A DNA stretch of 64,000 nucleotides, taken from NCBI GenBank assembly GCA_963663805.2, contig CAXXMR010000009.1, forward strand, positions 480,001-544,000, given 5' to 3'. The notes under the pieces were generated by a model, which was not told the DNA's origin, ran no database searches, and worked only from the letters and a program-made list of their open reading frames with translations. Shown piece after piece: positions 9,688-19,011 of the stretch; the first letter of the stretch is position 1; each line of letters starts with the position of its first letter. A program made the position numbers and the translations under genes. This DNA comes from Sedimentisphaerales bacterium (GTDB taxonomy: Bacteria > Planctomycetota > Phycisphaerae > Sedimentisphaerales > SM23-30).

Positions 9688-11157
9688 TCAACGCTTCTTT
9701 GCGTTGGGATTAGCCGTGGGCATTTTCCCATCAACATCTTTGAGCCATTTATGCAGCATGGCGTAAAGCTCATCCGCCAACTCTGGATGTTTATCTATAA
9801 CATTGTGCTGCTCGCCAATATCATTTTTCAGATTGAACAGTTCGCGTCGGTTGTCCTCATACCAGACAATCAGCTTCCAGTCGCCCCGCCTTATCGCTGA
9901 GCCCGGTGAACCGCCCTGATTGCCGTAATGGGGATAATGCCAGAACAGCGGTCCGCGGTCCATTTTTTTGCCCTTCAAGAGCGGCAGCCAGCTTATGCCG
10001 TCCTTATGCTGTTCGGGTCGCGATTTGAGGCCTGCCATCTCCAGCATGGTTGGATAAAAATCGGTACTCGTTACGGGCACATCACAAACACTGCCAGCCT
10101 TTACCACTCCCGGCCATTTCACCATCATGGGTTCGCGGATACCGCCTTCATAGAGCCATCCTTTGCCAGCCCGCAGAGGCAGATTAGAGGTTGGTTTATT
10201 TCGGGTCGTCGCCAGCCCGCCGTTATCGGACATAAAGAAAACTATCGTGTCGTTTTCGTGCCCCGACTCCCGCAAAGCGTCCAGCACCCGTCCACACGCG
10301 GTGTCCATTGCTTCTACCATGCCGGCATAGACCGGAAGTTCCTGCACCTGTCGAATATCTTCTGCTCCCTCCTTGCCGAATTTGGCTTCCAGGGCCAGTT
10401 TCTCACGCTTCTGCTCATATTTTTTTTGCAGTTCCTTACGCGTCATCAGCGGCGTATGCACCGAGTAGAAGGAAAGGTACGCCAGGAACGGACTGCCTTT
10501 ATGTCCCTTAATAAACTTAACCGTTTCTTCAGCCAGGCGTTCGGGCAGATACTCACCTTCTTCCCCATCGGCCAGCCGGGGATTATCGTAAGGCGTAAAA
10601 TATTTACCCCGGCCCTTGGGGGCTCCATCCTTCCAGCCGCCTTTGTTGGTGTCGAAACCCTGCTGTTCAGGCCAAAATTCCGCGGTCTCGCCCAGATGCC
10701 ACTTGCCCGCGAAAAACGTTGTATAGTCCGCCTCTTTAAGGGCCTCGGCTACCGTCACCTCTTCCAGCGGCATTCTGTCAAGATAACGTGCCGGCAGCAG
10801 CGGCTTGTCGCGATGCCGTTTGTCTTCCCCCACATTATCGGGCTGGGGCGCACCGAACCAGTCAGTCGTATCCATTCGCGCCGGATATTTGCCGGCCATG
10901 ATACTCGCCCGGGTCGGCGAACAAACCGGACAGGCAGCGTAAGCATCTGTGAATTTCATCGATTGACCGCATAAACGGTCCAGATTGGGCGTCTCATAAA
11001 AACTGGAATTGAAACACCCCAGATCGGTCCAGCCTAAATCATCCACGAGAATGAACAGGAAATTTGGTTTCCTGGCTGCCTCGACCGCTTTTAACCAGCC
11101 CCCCACACCCAATACTGCCGCGGCACCTGCCGCCTTCATGAAATTGCGTCTGTTCAT
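9688..11157 (-). CDS. Tat-exported sulfatase (S1, Cys-type)
   Basis: MNRRNFMK twin-Arg signal, DDLGW, CSPTRAS, GKWHLG. Confidence 0.93.
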   Translation of the reverse strand: MNRRNFMKAAGAAAVLGVGGWLKAVEAARKPNFLFILVDDLGWTDLGCFNSSFYETPNLDRLCGQSMKFTDAYAACPVCSPTRASIMAGKYPARMDTTDWFGAPQPDNVGEDKRHRDKPLLPARYLDRMPLEEVTVAEALKEADYTTFFAGKWHLGETAEFWPEQQGFDTNKGGWKDGAPKGRGKYFTPYDNPRLADGEEGEYLPERLAEETVKFIKGHKGSPFLAYLSFYSVHTPLMTRKELQKKYEQKREKLALEAKFGKEGAEDIRQVQELPVYAGMVEAMDTACGRVLDALRESGHENDTIVFFMSDNGGLATTRNKPTSNLPLRAGKGWLYEGGIREPMMVKWPGVVKAGSVCDVPVTSTDFYPTMLEMAGLKSRPEQHKDGISWLPLLKGKKMDRGPLFWHYPHYGNQGGSPGSAIRRGDWKLIVWYEDNRRELFNLKNDIGEQHNVIDKHPELADELYAMLHKWLKDVDGKMPTANPNAKKR

Positions 11158-11188
11158 TGCTCATCTCCTGTGGATAATAATCCTTTGC

Positions 11189-12361
11189 CTATTTCAATCG
11201 CTTCAGTTCATCCTCACACATCTGCCGTTGCGAATCGTTGGTAAGTTTTTGCAGTGCTGCTTCGAGATTTTTCCGGGCGGGCTCTTTCTGTCCCAGATAG
11301 CGGCTGTACAAAAGTCCCAGCATTAACTGCACCTGCTCCAGGAACGGGTAGTTGTCGTAATGCTCCAGAAATGTTTCGTAGGCCTGGGCTGCCTCGGTGT
11401 GGCTGCCCTCGTGCATCAGTTGATTGGCGATGTCCAACAGAGGTTGTTGCGGCAAGACCTGTTTGGGGTCGGCCTTTATTAAATGCAGGTACAGGCCAGC
11501 GGCGTCTGATGCTTTGCCTTTGTTGATAAGCTCGAAAATTTCCGCGCGAATCTTCATCTGCGTTTCGGTTACTTCGGGCTGAACATCTCTAACCGAAGAT
11601 TCGACCTTACGTCTTCCCGCCGGGGCCTTATCGTAGGGATTGAAACCTTCCTGCACCAAATGCCGGTAAGTCTGCCGTCTTCGCCAGCGCTGCACCAGTG
11701 CCCACAAATCGAAATGACTACGCGGCAGCACACCTATCGCCAGCATAAACATCGGTAACGCAACACCATAAATATAGCCTGCAACATGAGCGGTATAAGC
11801 GACATTGCTCGTGCCGGTCCTCAGATTCGGCTCGATCATATTATCCCAGATAAACAGTTTGAACAGGATAAAGTAGAACGCCGAAACCTCCATCGTGCCG
11901 ATAAAGAAAAGCCAATACAGCACATGTACCGACGTCAGCGGGAACAGCACCATATACGCCCCGGTAACCGCGGCGACCGCCCCGGAAGCCCCCAGTACCG
12001 AAGTGCCGCCCAGATAAACGTGCCCAATCCCTGAAAAGACCGCGCCGCCCAGATAGAACAGGGCATAACCGACATTACCGAGCTTGTCATTTACATTATT
12101 GCCGAAAATGTACAAAAACAGCATATTTCCCAGCACATGCCCCCAGCTGCCGTGCAGAAATGCGTAGGTGATGAACTGATACAGCATCGGCATGCCCGGA
12201 TGCAGGACAAATTTATCAAAATCCTCCCGCACGGGTGAACCGGCCGGCATATTCAGATATTTAAGCGAAAATACGAATATCACCAGATTGATAGCGATAA
12301 AAGCATAATTGACTATTGGGGTCCGCCGAATCGGGTTGTCGGTGCCTATAGGGATTATCAT
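11189..12361 (-). CDS. rhomboid intramembrane serine protease with C-terminal TPR region
   Basis: HVLGNMLFL, GASGAV, AHVAG; helical TPR-like tail. Confidence 0.9.
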   Translation of the reverse strand: MIIPIGTDNPIRRTPIVNYAFIAINLVIFVFSLKYLNMPAGSPVREDFDKFVLHPGMPMLYQFITYAFLHGSWGHVLGNMLFLYIFGNNVNDKLGNVGYALFYLGGAVFSGIGHVYLGGTSVLGASGAVAAVTGAYMVLFPLTSVHVLYWLFFIGTMEVSAFYFILFKLFIWDNMIEPNLRTGTSNVAYTAHVAGYIYGVALPMFMLAIGVLPRSHFDLWALVQRWRRRQTYRHLVQEGFNPYDKAPAGRRKVESSVRDVQPEVTETQMKIRAEIFELINKGKASDAAGLYLHLIKADPKQVLPQQPLLDIANQLMHEGSHTEAAQAYETFLEHYDNYPFLEQVQLMLGLLYSRYLGQKEPARKNLEAALQKLTNDSQRQMCEDELKRLK

Positions 12362-12489
12362 ATCTGCCTTCCATTGCAAAAAATCTCTAAATCAATTCTT
12401 CGCAATGTATTGTAACGTCCGCCCCGCTCAGGGCAAGCAGTATCCCAAAACTCTATACACCCAGAAAGATTAGACCATAGACAAATATC

Positions 12490-13503
12490 TCAGCCCCCCT
12501 CCACGACCGCCAACGCCATCGCCTCGATATTCTCGAACGGCACATTCGGCAAAATACATTCATGGCTGGGACTGACCACAAGATTTGGCCCCAACACAGC
12601 CATTACCCGCTTCACATCATCCCTAACCTGACGCGGTGTACCGTTTACCAGTAAATCCTGGGTATCTATCCCGCCGATAAAGGCGACCTTGCCCCCAAAC
12701 TCCGCCCCCAGCTTTTCCGCCTGCATATTGGCGGCTTTGGCCTGAATCGGATGAATGGCCTCCACCCCCAGGCCTATCAAGTCAGGGATAACCTTGTAAA
12801 TCGACCCGCACGAATGGAGCAGAATCTGGTAATCGTATTCATGCCCCACATCTGTCAACTGCTTGAAATACGGGAAGATAAACTCCTTGAACTGGCTGGG
12901 GCCTACCAGTAAATCAAGCTGGGAGCCGAAATCATTTCCGAAAAAGAATCCGTCCATCAAATCTCCCGCGGCCTCGAAAAACCGTCGGCTGGCTTCGATA
13001 TAAAAATCCACCATTCGGGCCGTCGCGGCGTGAACCACATCAGGATGCGTGAACATCTTCATAAAATAGTTTTCCATCCCGAACATGCCCGCGGCCAAGT
13101 GAAAAAACGGACACCAGAGCCCGCTGGCTATATAGTAGGGCCTCATCGTCTCCAGTTCCTTCAAGACCTCCGTAAAGTCAAAATACCTGACATCGGGCCA
13201 AGCGAAATCGTCTATCTCAGCGACACTCTCACAATTTGCGAACCAGCCCTCAGCTGACAAATCATGACTTTTGGGTTTGAAATCCCAAATCGGCAGTCCT
13301 TCCGGATGTTTGTAACACTGGTCGCCAATCTGCAGCCATCGAAAATCATCCCCCAGGCGTACCCTAATCTCCTCAAAATTATCAACCCCCTGACGTTGAT
13401 TATAAATCTTAATAGTGTCAGGATGCGGGTCTCCCAGCCAAAGCCCGCATCGTTCGGCCTTGTCACCGGCGATAATAGCCCTTACTCGCTCTTTACTGCT
13501 CAT
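12490..13503 (-). CDS. uroporphyrinogen decarboxylase-family protein
   Basis: GNDFGSQ, LHSCG, GGIDTQ, SPSHE. Confidence 0.85.
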   Translation of the reverse strand: MSSKERVRAIIAGDKAERCGLWLGDPHPDTIKIYNQRQGVDNFEEIRVRLGDDFRWLQIGDQCYKHPEGLPIWDFKPKSHDLSAEGWFANCESVAEIDDFAWPDVRYFDFTEVLKELETMRPYYIASGLWCPFFHLAAGMFGMENYFMKMFTHPDVVHAATARMVDFYIEASRRFFEAAGDLMDGFFFGNDFGSQLDLLVGPSQFKEFIFPYFKQLTDVGHEYDYQILLHSCGSIYKVIPDLIGLGVEAIHPIQAKAANMQAEKLGAEFGGKVAFIGGIDTQDLLVNGTPRQVRDDVKRVMAVLGPNLVVSPSHECILPNVPFENIEAMALAVVEGG

Positions 13504-13623
13504 AATCAACCTCGAATAAAACAATACTATAAAAATTACATATAATTAATTTAACCTTATTCAAGCCCTAGAAAAAGCCTTTTATGCTTGAACTTTTCAA
13601 AATTTTATGGTATATTTTCAACA

Positions 13624-14439
13624 ATGAACCAGCCAGGCATTATAAATATCTCAGCCCAAGACCTGCCTCAAATCAAGCTTTCCGGCATTTTTGAACATCG
13701 CAAAGACTCTTTTGCCCGGCTCTACAAGGGAAATTACCATGCCCTGCACTATTACCTCTACGCTGGCAGCATAAAACTTGATAATCGAAACTACCATTTC
13801 CAACCCGGCGATATAACCATCACCGCCCCCGACATAGCCAGCCAGTATACCCTGGACCGCGATGGCCAACATCTCTGCCTCCACTTTGACCAGCCCGCCG
13901 GCTCGCTTAGCCTGGCTGAGTACATACCCTCAAGTCTGCTTCCTGCTGACAGCGTTGCCCAACTTCAAAATATCATCAGATACGCCTCGATGCCCAGTGA
14001 ATCGCAGCAGACCGGCAAGGCCCTGGCCTCCAATCTGCTCCACAGATTCCTGCTCGAACTTTTCAATTATCAGGCCAAGCCAACCCCCGCCCAAACCAAA
14101 TGCGAAAACGCTCTGCGTAAACTAATCGAATATATCGAGATGAACCTCGACCAAGATTTGACCATCCCCAGCCTCTCCCGAATCGCGGGCCTGAGCCAGA
14201 ACTACCTCGCCAAAAATTTCAAGGCAGCTTACGGCCAAACAATCAAAAATTATATCCTTAACCGACAAATTGAAAGAGCCTGCTACCTCCTTGACAACAC
14301 CACCATGCAAATCAAAGAAATAGCCTTCCAATCCGGTATAACCGACCCCCAGTATTTCAACAAACTCTTCAAATCAATCAAAAAAATCAGTCCCACCGCC
14401 TATAGAGACAGGGCTGGAGTTTTGCAATTGGCACGATAA
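13624..14439 (+). CDS. AraC-family transcriptional regulator
   Basis: Cupin N-terminus and double HTH (IKEIAFQSGITDPQYFNKLFK); divergent from the UROD-like gene. Confidence 0.9.
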   Translation: MNQPGIINISAQDLPQIKLSGIFEHRKDSFARLYKGNYHALHYYLYAGSIKLDNRNYHFQPGDITITAPDIASQYTLDRDGQHLCLHFDQPAGSLSLAEYIPSSLLPADSVAQLQNIIRYASMPSESQQTGKALASNLLHRFLLELFNYQAKPTPAQTKCENALRKLIEYIEMNLDQDLTIPSLSRIAGLSQNYLAKNFKAAYGQTIKNYILNRQIERACYLLDNTTMQIKEIAFQSGITDPQYFNKLFKSIKKISPTAYRDRAGVLQLAR

Positions 14440-14490
14440 GAAGGGGGTGACTGTCTGGATGAGTGCCCGTGAATGGGCGGGTTACTGCGC

Positions 14491-14527
14491 AAAAAAAATC
14501 CCGAACCAAGTTTGATTCGGGATTTTG
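14491..14527 (-). terminator. rho-independent terminator (probably bidirectional)
   Basis: AAAATCCCGAA-10nt-TTCGGGATTTT with an A8 tract, between convergent genes. Confidence 0.75.
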
Positions 14528-14551
14528 TTGTAAAAATGTACCGGCCGTTTT

Positions 14552-16429
14552 TTAGAACTGGAGCAGGAAGCTGTAGACATCGTCGTGTACTTCGCTGGTG
14601 ACCTTGGCGGCACTCTGTTTGAAGACTGCCTGCATGGCTCTATTGGCCCGGAGTACCTCGGCGGTGAATCCGGTGATACCATTGCGTTTGGCGATGGTGG
14701 CCAGGTGCTTGAGCAGGAAACTGCCGATACCGTGGTTCTGCCATTCGTCGCGGACGACGAAAGCGACCTCGGCGTGGTTGGTTTTTTTATCGACATAATA
14801 ACGACCGATAGCGATGATGTCCTCGCCATGTGCTTCGGGCAGAGTAGCGACGACGGCGACATCATTGCGATGGTCAACGTAAACAAATTCCTGAATCTGT
14901 TTATGGGGGAAGACCTTCATTTCCTTCATGAATCGGTAGTAAACCGTTTCCTGTGAGAGGGCATAGAACAGGTCTCGCATCCGTGGTTCGTCGGTGGGGT
15001 GTATGGACCGGAAATTAATCTGAGTACCATTATCCAGCACCATGTGTGTTTTGATGCTCTGGGGTCCGACGTGGATGTTACCATCGATTTCGCTGAATTC
15101 CTGACGGAGGTATTTGGATTCGATGGCCTGCTTGAGCAGCTTGGCGCGGAAATCAGGATGGGCAATACTAATCAGGGCCAATGCTCGTTCCTGAATGCTC
15201 TTGCCGTGGAGGTATGCCACTCCGTATTCGGTGACGACATAGTGGACATCGCCGCGGGTGGTGACAACACCGGCACCGGGGCTGAGATGGCAGGAGATTC
15301 TGGAGACGGTTCCGTTCTGGGCTGTCGAGGGCAGGGCGATGATGGCTTTGCCGCCGTCAGAGCGGGCTGCTCCGCGATTGAAATCCACCTGTCCGCCGAT
15401 CCCGCTGAAGAATTTGGTGCCGAGTGAATCGGAGCAAATCTGGCCGGTGAGGTCCACCTGCAAAGCGACGTTTATCGCGACCATTTTATTCTGCTGGCCG
15501 ATAATGTAGGGGTCGTTTACGTATTCGGTGGGGCGGAAATAAAAGGCGGGGTTATTGTCGATATAATCGTAGAGTTTTTTGGTTCCGAGGCAGAAGCTGG
15601 CGACGATACGTTTGCGGTCGATACTCTTACGGCTGCCGGTGACAGCACCGGATTCGATCATGTCGATAATAGCATCGGTAAACATTTCGGTATGGATACC
15701 GAGGTCTTTTTTGCTGCCGAGGAATTCAAGTACCGCCTGGGGGATACGTCCGATGCCGAGTTCGATGGTTGATCCGTCCTCAACGAGTGAGGCGACGTTT
15801 TCGCCGATAGCCCTGGTAACTTCGGTAACTTCCGGGGGCTGGACCTCCAGCAAGGGCTGGTCCACGGGGACGAGCATATCCATGTCATTAACGTGGAGGA
15901 AGCTGTCGCCCATGGTGCGGGGCATCTGGGGGTTTACTTCGGCGACGACAAAAGCGGCGTTTTCGGCGGCGCTTTTTACGATGTCGACACTGACGCCCAG
16001 GCTGCACATACCGCGTTCATCGGGGGGCGAGACCTGAATCAGAGCCGCGTCGAGGGGGAGCTGGCCGGAACTGAACAGGCGGGGAATATCGGAAAGAAAA
16101 ATCGGGGTGTAATCTCCGTATCCTTCCTGAATGAGGTCGCGTACGTTTTCAGCGATAAAGAAACTGTTCACGCGGAAATTATCGGCGAGTTCCTTGGTCG
16201 CATAGGGCGCGGCTCCCATGGTGAGCAGATGGACAACTTCGGTGTCGGCGAGGTCTTTGGCCCGGTCTGCCAGGGCATGAACAAGTTCCTGGGGCTGGCC
16301 GCAACCGGTGCCGACAAAGATTCTCTGGCCGGGCCTGATTTTGGCCACTGCCTGCTGGGACGTGCCTACCATATTGGCATATTTTTTCTGCCAATCTACG
16401 TCATAGTTTTTTTTCTTAATGTCGCTCAT
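14552..16429 (-). CDS. acetyl-CoA hydrolase/transferase fused to a C-terminal GNAT domain
   Basis: LGIHTEMF, SGIGGQVDF, VVTEYG; GNAT AEVAFVVRDEWQNHGIGSFLL. Confidence 0.9.
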   Translation of the reverse strand: MSDIKKKNYDVDWQKKYANMVGTSQQAVAKIRPGQRIFVGTGCGQPQELVHALADRAKDLADTEVVHLLTMGAAPYATKELADNFRVNSFFIAENVRDLIQEGYGDYTPIFLSDIPRLFSSGQLPLDAALIQVSPPDERGMCSLGVSVDIVKSAAENAAFVVAEVNPQMPRTMGDSFLHVNDMDMLVPVDQPLLEVQPPEVTEVTRAIGENVASLVEDGSTIELGIGRIPQAVLEFLGSKKDLGIHTEMFTDAIIDMIESGAVTGSRKSIDRKRIVASFCLGTKKLYDYIDNNPAFYFRPTEYVNDPYIIGQQNKMVAINVALQVDLTGQICSDSLGTKFFSGIGGQVDFNRGAARSDGGKAIIALPSTAQNGTVSRISCHLSPGAGVVTTRGDVHYVVTEYGVAYLHGKSIQERALALISIAHPDFRAKLLKQAIESKYLRQEFSEIDGNIHVGPQSIKTHMVLDNGTQINFRSIHPTDEPRMRDLFYALSQETVYYRFMKEMKVFPHKQIQEFVYVDHRNDVAVVATLPEAHGEDIIAIGRYYVDKKTNHAEVAFVVRDEWQNHGIGSFLLKHLATIAKRNGITGFTAEVLRANRAMQAVFKQSAAKVTSEVHDDVYSFLLQF

Positions 16430-16431
16430 AT

Positions 16432-18528
16432 CTATTTGCTATCTCCTGACAGAGTAATGCGTGCATCCGCCGCGGTGGGCTGAATTCCAGCCGGTCCGCA
16501 AATAAACGGGTTGATGTCCATTTCAACAATCTGGGGGAAGTCGGTGACCAACTGGCTCATCCGTTGCAAGCCGACCGCGATACCCTGCAAATCGACTCCG
16601 CTTTGGCCGCGTACGCCGGTCAGGAGTGAGTAGGACCGTGTGCCGCGCAACATCTGCATGGCTTCTTCGGCGGTGATGGGTGCCAAGTGGAAGGTTACGT
16701 CTTTCATTACTTCAACGAAAATGCCGCCCAGACCAAACATTAGCATAGGTCCAAACTGCGGGTCGCGAGTCATACCAATGATGATTTCGCGGCCTTTGGT
16801 GCACATTTTTTCAACGTATACACCTTCGATACGGGCTTCGGGCATCCGCTGTTTGATGCGGAGCATCATGAGGTCGTAGGCATCACGCACGGCAAAGCCG
16901 TTGACCAGATTGAGCTTAACGCCGCCCATATCCGATTTGTGGATGATGTCGGGCGAGACGATTTTCATGGCGACGGGGTAACCGATGGTTTCGCCGATGT
17001 CGCAGGCTTCATCGACGGTCATGGCGAAATCTCCCGGCGGGACATTGAAGTTATAGGCCCGGAGGATTTCCTTGGCTTTGACTTCGTTGACCTGAGTAAT
17101 ACCGCTGCGGAGATGGCGTGAGATGATACGCTCGACGCGACGCCGATTAACAGGGAAGCGGGTTACGATACGCGGGGGGCGGTTGCGCCAGGAAATGTAG
17201 TCATACATGGCTTTCAGGGCCGCGACAGCTCGCTCCGGGGCGGGATAGTCGGGACAGTCGTGGGCGACCAGATATTCACGGCCGGGCTTGACATCTTCGC
17301 CGCCCATAAAGCAGGTGAGGATGGGCTTACTGCCTTTGCGGTCGGCAACGGCCTTGGCAATGTTGGCATGGTCGGTCATGGCCTGGGGGGTAATCAGGAC
17401 AACAATGGCATCCACAACCTCATCGGCTAACGCCGCATCGAGGGCCCATTCGTAGGCTTCGCTGGTGGCGTCGCCGAGTACGTCGATGGGGTTGCCGACA
17501 CTGGCGGCGGCGGGGAGCTTGGCGGCCAGGGGCTTCATGAGACTTTCGGTAAGCTGGACCACTTCGAGGCCGGAATTTTCGATGGCATCAGCAGCCATAA
17601 TACCAGGTCCGCCCGCGTTGGTTACGATGGCAACACGTTTGCCGGCCGGTAGGGGCATCATGGCAAAAGCGGTGGCATAGTCAAAGAGTGATTCGAAAGT
17701 TTCGGCTCGAATAACGCCGGAACGCATAAACGCGGCACCATAGGCGATGTCGGCACCTGCCAGCGAACCGGTGTGCGAAGAGGCGGCCTTTTGACCTGCC
17801 GAGCTGGTGCCAGCCTTAAAGATGATTACCGGTTTGACCATAGCGGCAGCTTCGGCGGCTTTGATGAAATCGTCACCGTCGAGGATGCTTTCGAGATAGC
17901 CGGCGATTACCGTGGTTTGTTTATCTTCAGCCAGAGCCTGAATAAAATGGGTTTCGTTGAGTTCGGCTTTGTTGCCGATAGAAAGCATTTTGCCTAAACC
18001 GATTTTTCGTTCGGCGGACCAGTCGAGAATGGCGGTCGCCAGAGCCCCGGACTGGGACAAAACCGAAATGCTGCCGGGAGTGGGCATTTTCTTGGCGAAC
18101 GAGGCGTTCATGCTGTTATCGGAATTAATCAGACCGAGACAGTTTGGCCCCATCAGACGGATGCCTTTGCTGCGGCAGAAATCGGCCAGGTCTTTTTCCA
18201 TTTTGGCACCTTCGCCGCCGATTTCCTTGAATCCGGCAGTGATAACTATCATCGCTTTGGCGCCGGCCTGTGCGGAGGCTTCAGCGGCAGCTTTGACAAA
18301 TTTGGTGGGGATGGAAACAATGCTGAGATCGATTTTTTTACCGTAAGTTTTCAGGTCCGGATAGCATTTGAGTCCCAGAACTTCATCGGCCGAAGGATTA
18401 ATCGGCACGATTTCGCCCTTAAAGCCGCCTTCTTTGAGATTGGCGGTGATTTCATAGCCAACCTTGCCGGGGGTACGAGAAGCCCCTATGACGGCCACCG
18501 TTTCCGGATACATTAGAGATTCTAGCAT
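16432..18528 (-). CDS. ADP-forming acetate/acyl-CoA ligase, alpha-beta fusion
   Basis: GPNCLG, SQSGA, ASSHTGSLAG, NAGGPG, ATP-grasp HKSDMGGV and DINP. Confidence 0.9.
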   Translation of the reverse strand: MLESLMYPETVAVIGASRTPGKVGYEITANLKEGGFKGEIVPINPSADEVLGLKCYPDLKTYGKKIDLSIVSIPTKFVKAAAEASAQAGAKAMIVITAGFKEIGGEGAKMEKDLADFCRSKGIRLMGPNCLGLINSDNSMNASFAKKMPTPGSISVLSQSGALATAILDWSAERKIGLGKMLSIGNKAELNETHFIQALAEDKQTTVIAGYLESILDGDDFIKAAEAAAMVKPVIIFKAGTSSAGQKAASSHTGSLAGADIAYGAAFMRSGVIRAETFESLFDYATAFAMMPLPAGKRVAIVTNAGGPGIMAADAIENSGLEVVQLTESLMKPLAAKLPAAASVGNPIDVLGDATSEAYEWALDAALADEVVDAIVVLITPQAMTDHANIAKAVADRKGSKPILTCFMGGEDVKPGREYLVAHDCPDYPAPERAVAALKAMYDYISWRNRPPRIVTRFPVNRRRVERIISRHLRSGITQVNEVKAKEILRAYNFNVPPGDFAMTVDEACDIGETIGYPVAMKIVSPDIIHKSDMGGVKLNLVNGFAVRDAYDLMMLRIKQRMPEARIEGVYVEKMCTKGREIIIGMTRDPQFGPMLMFGLGGIFVEVMKDVTFHLAPITAEEAMQMLRGTRSYSLLTGVRGQSGVDLQGIAVGLQRMSQLVTDFPQIVEMDINPFICGPAGIQPTAADARITLSGDSK

Positions 18529-19011
18529 TGGTTTTGTGTTCCCTTACTGATGGTTTATGAGGACGTTTGGGTCCTTTTTCCTATTCCCCCAATCAACCTT
18601 ATACCTTTTAAGGCTGTGAATACTCCTACGTCACATCGGCTCTAAGTTTGCCTAACTTTTCACTAAGTGGCAAGTTTTTTTTTAATTTCCGGTCAATTTT
18701 TCTCGATTTTTAAAGTTTATTTTATAACGTTGTTACGTAGTTCACATCAAGGTGCTATTTTCGTCATAATTTTGTGCCCTGGGCGAAACTATACTATTAA
18801 TATCGACATAAAACGATTTTGTTCGTTTGTTATTCTGGGCCGACATGGTAAAAATATCCATCTGAAGCATGGGTAATTAACACAGATTGCCTTAACTTAA
18901 AGCGTTGACAGGGGGGGGATTTGCGGTTAAAGATAGGCACTGCGGCGAGGTTGTCGGACCATAACCCCGCCGAAAATGAATGGCCCCCAGGTACTGAAAG
19001 GGAAAATATCC

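Noticed and set aside
9928..10974. Long antisense ORFs (e.g. 348 aa opposite the sulfatase, and many others in the track)
   Set aside because: Shadows of well-supported genes on the opposite strand, with no motifs of their own.
18940..18972. GC hairpin in the lipoprotein leader as a riboswitch or SRP RNA
   Set aside because: A single stem with no conserved aptamer or SRP loop motifs.
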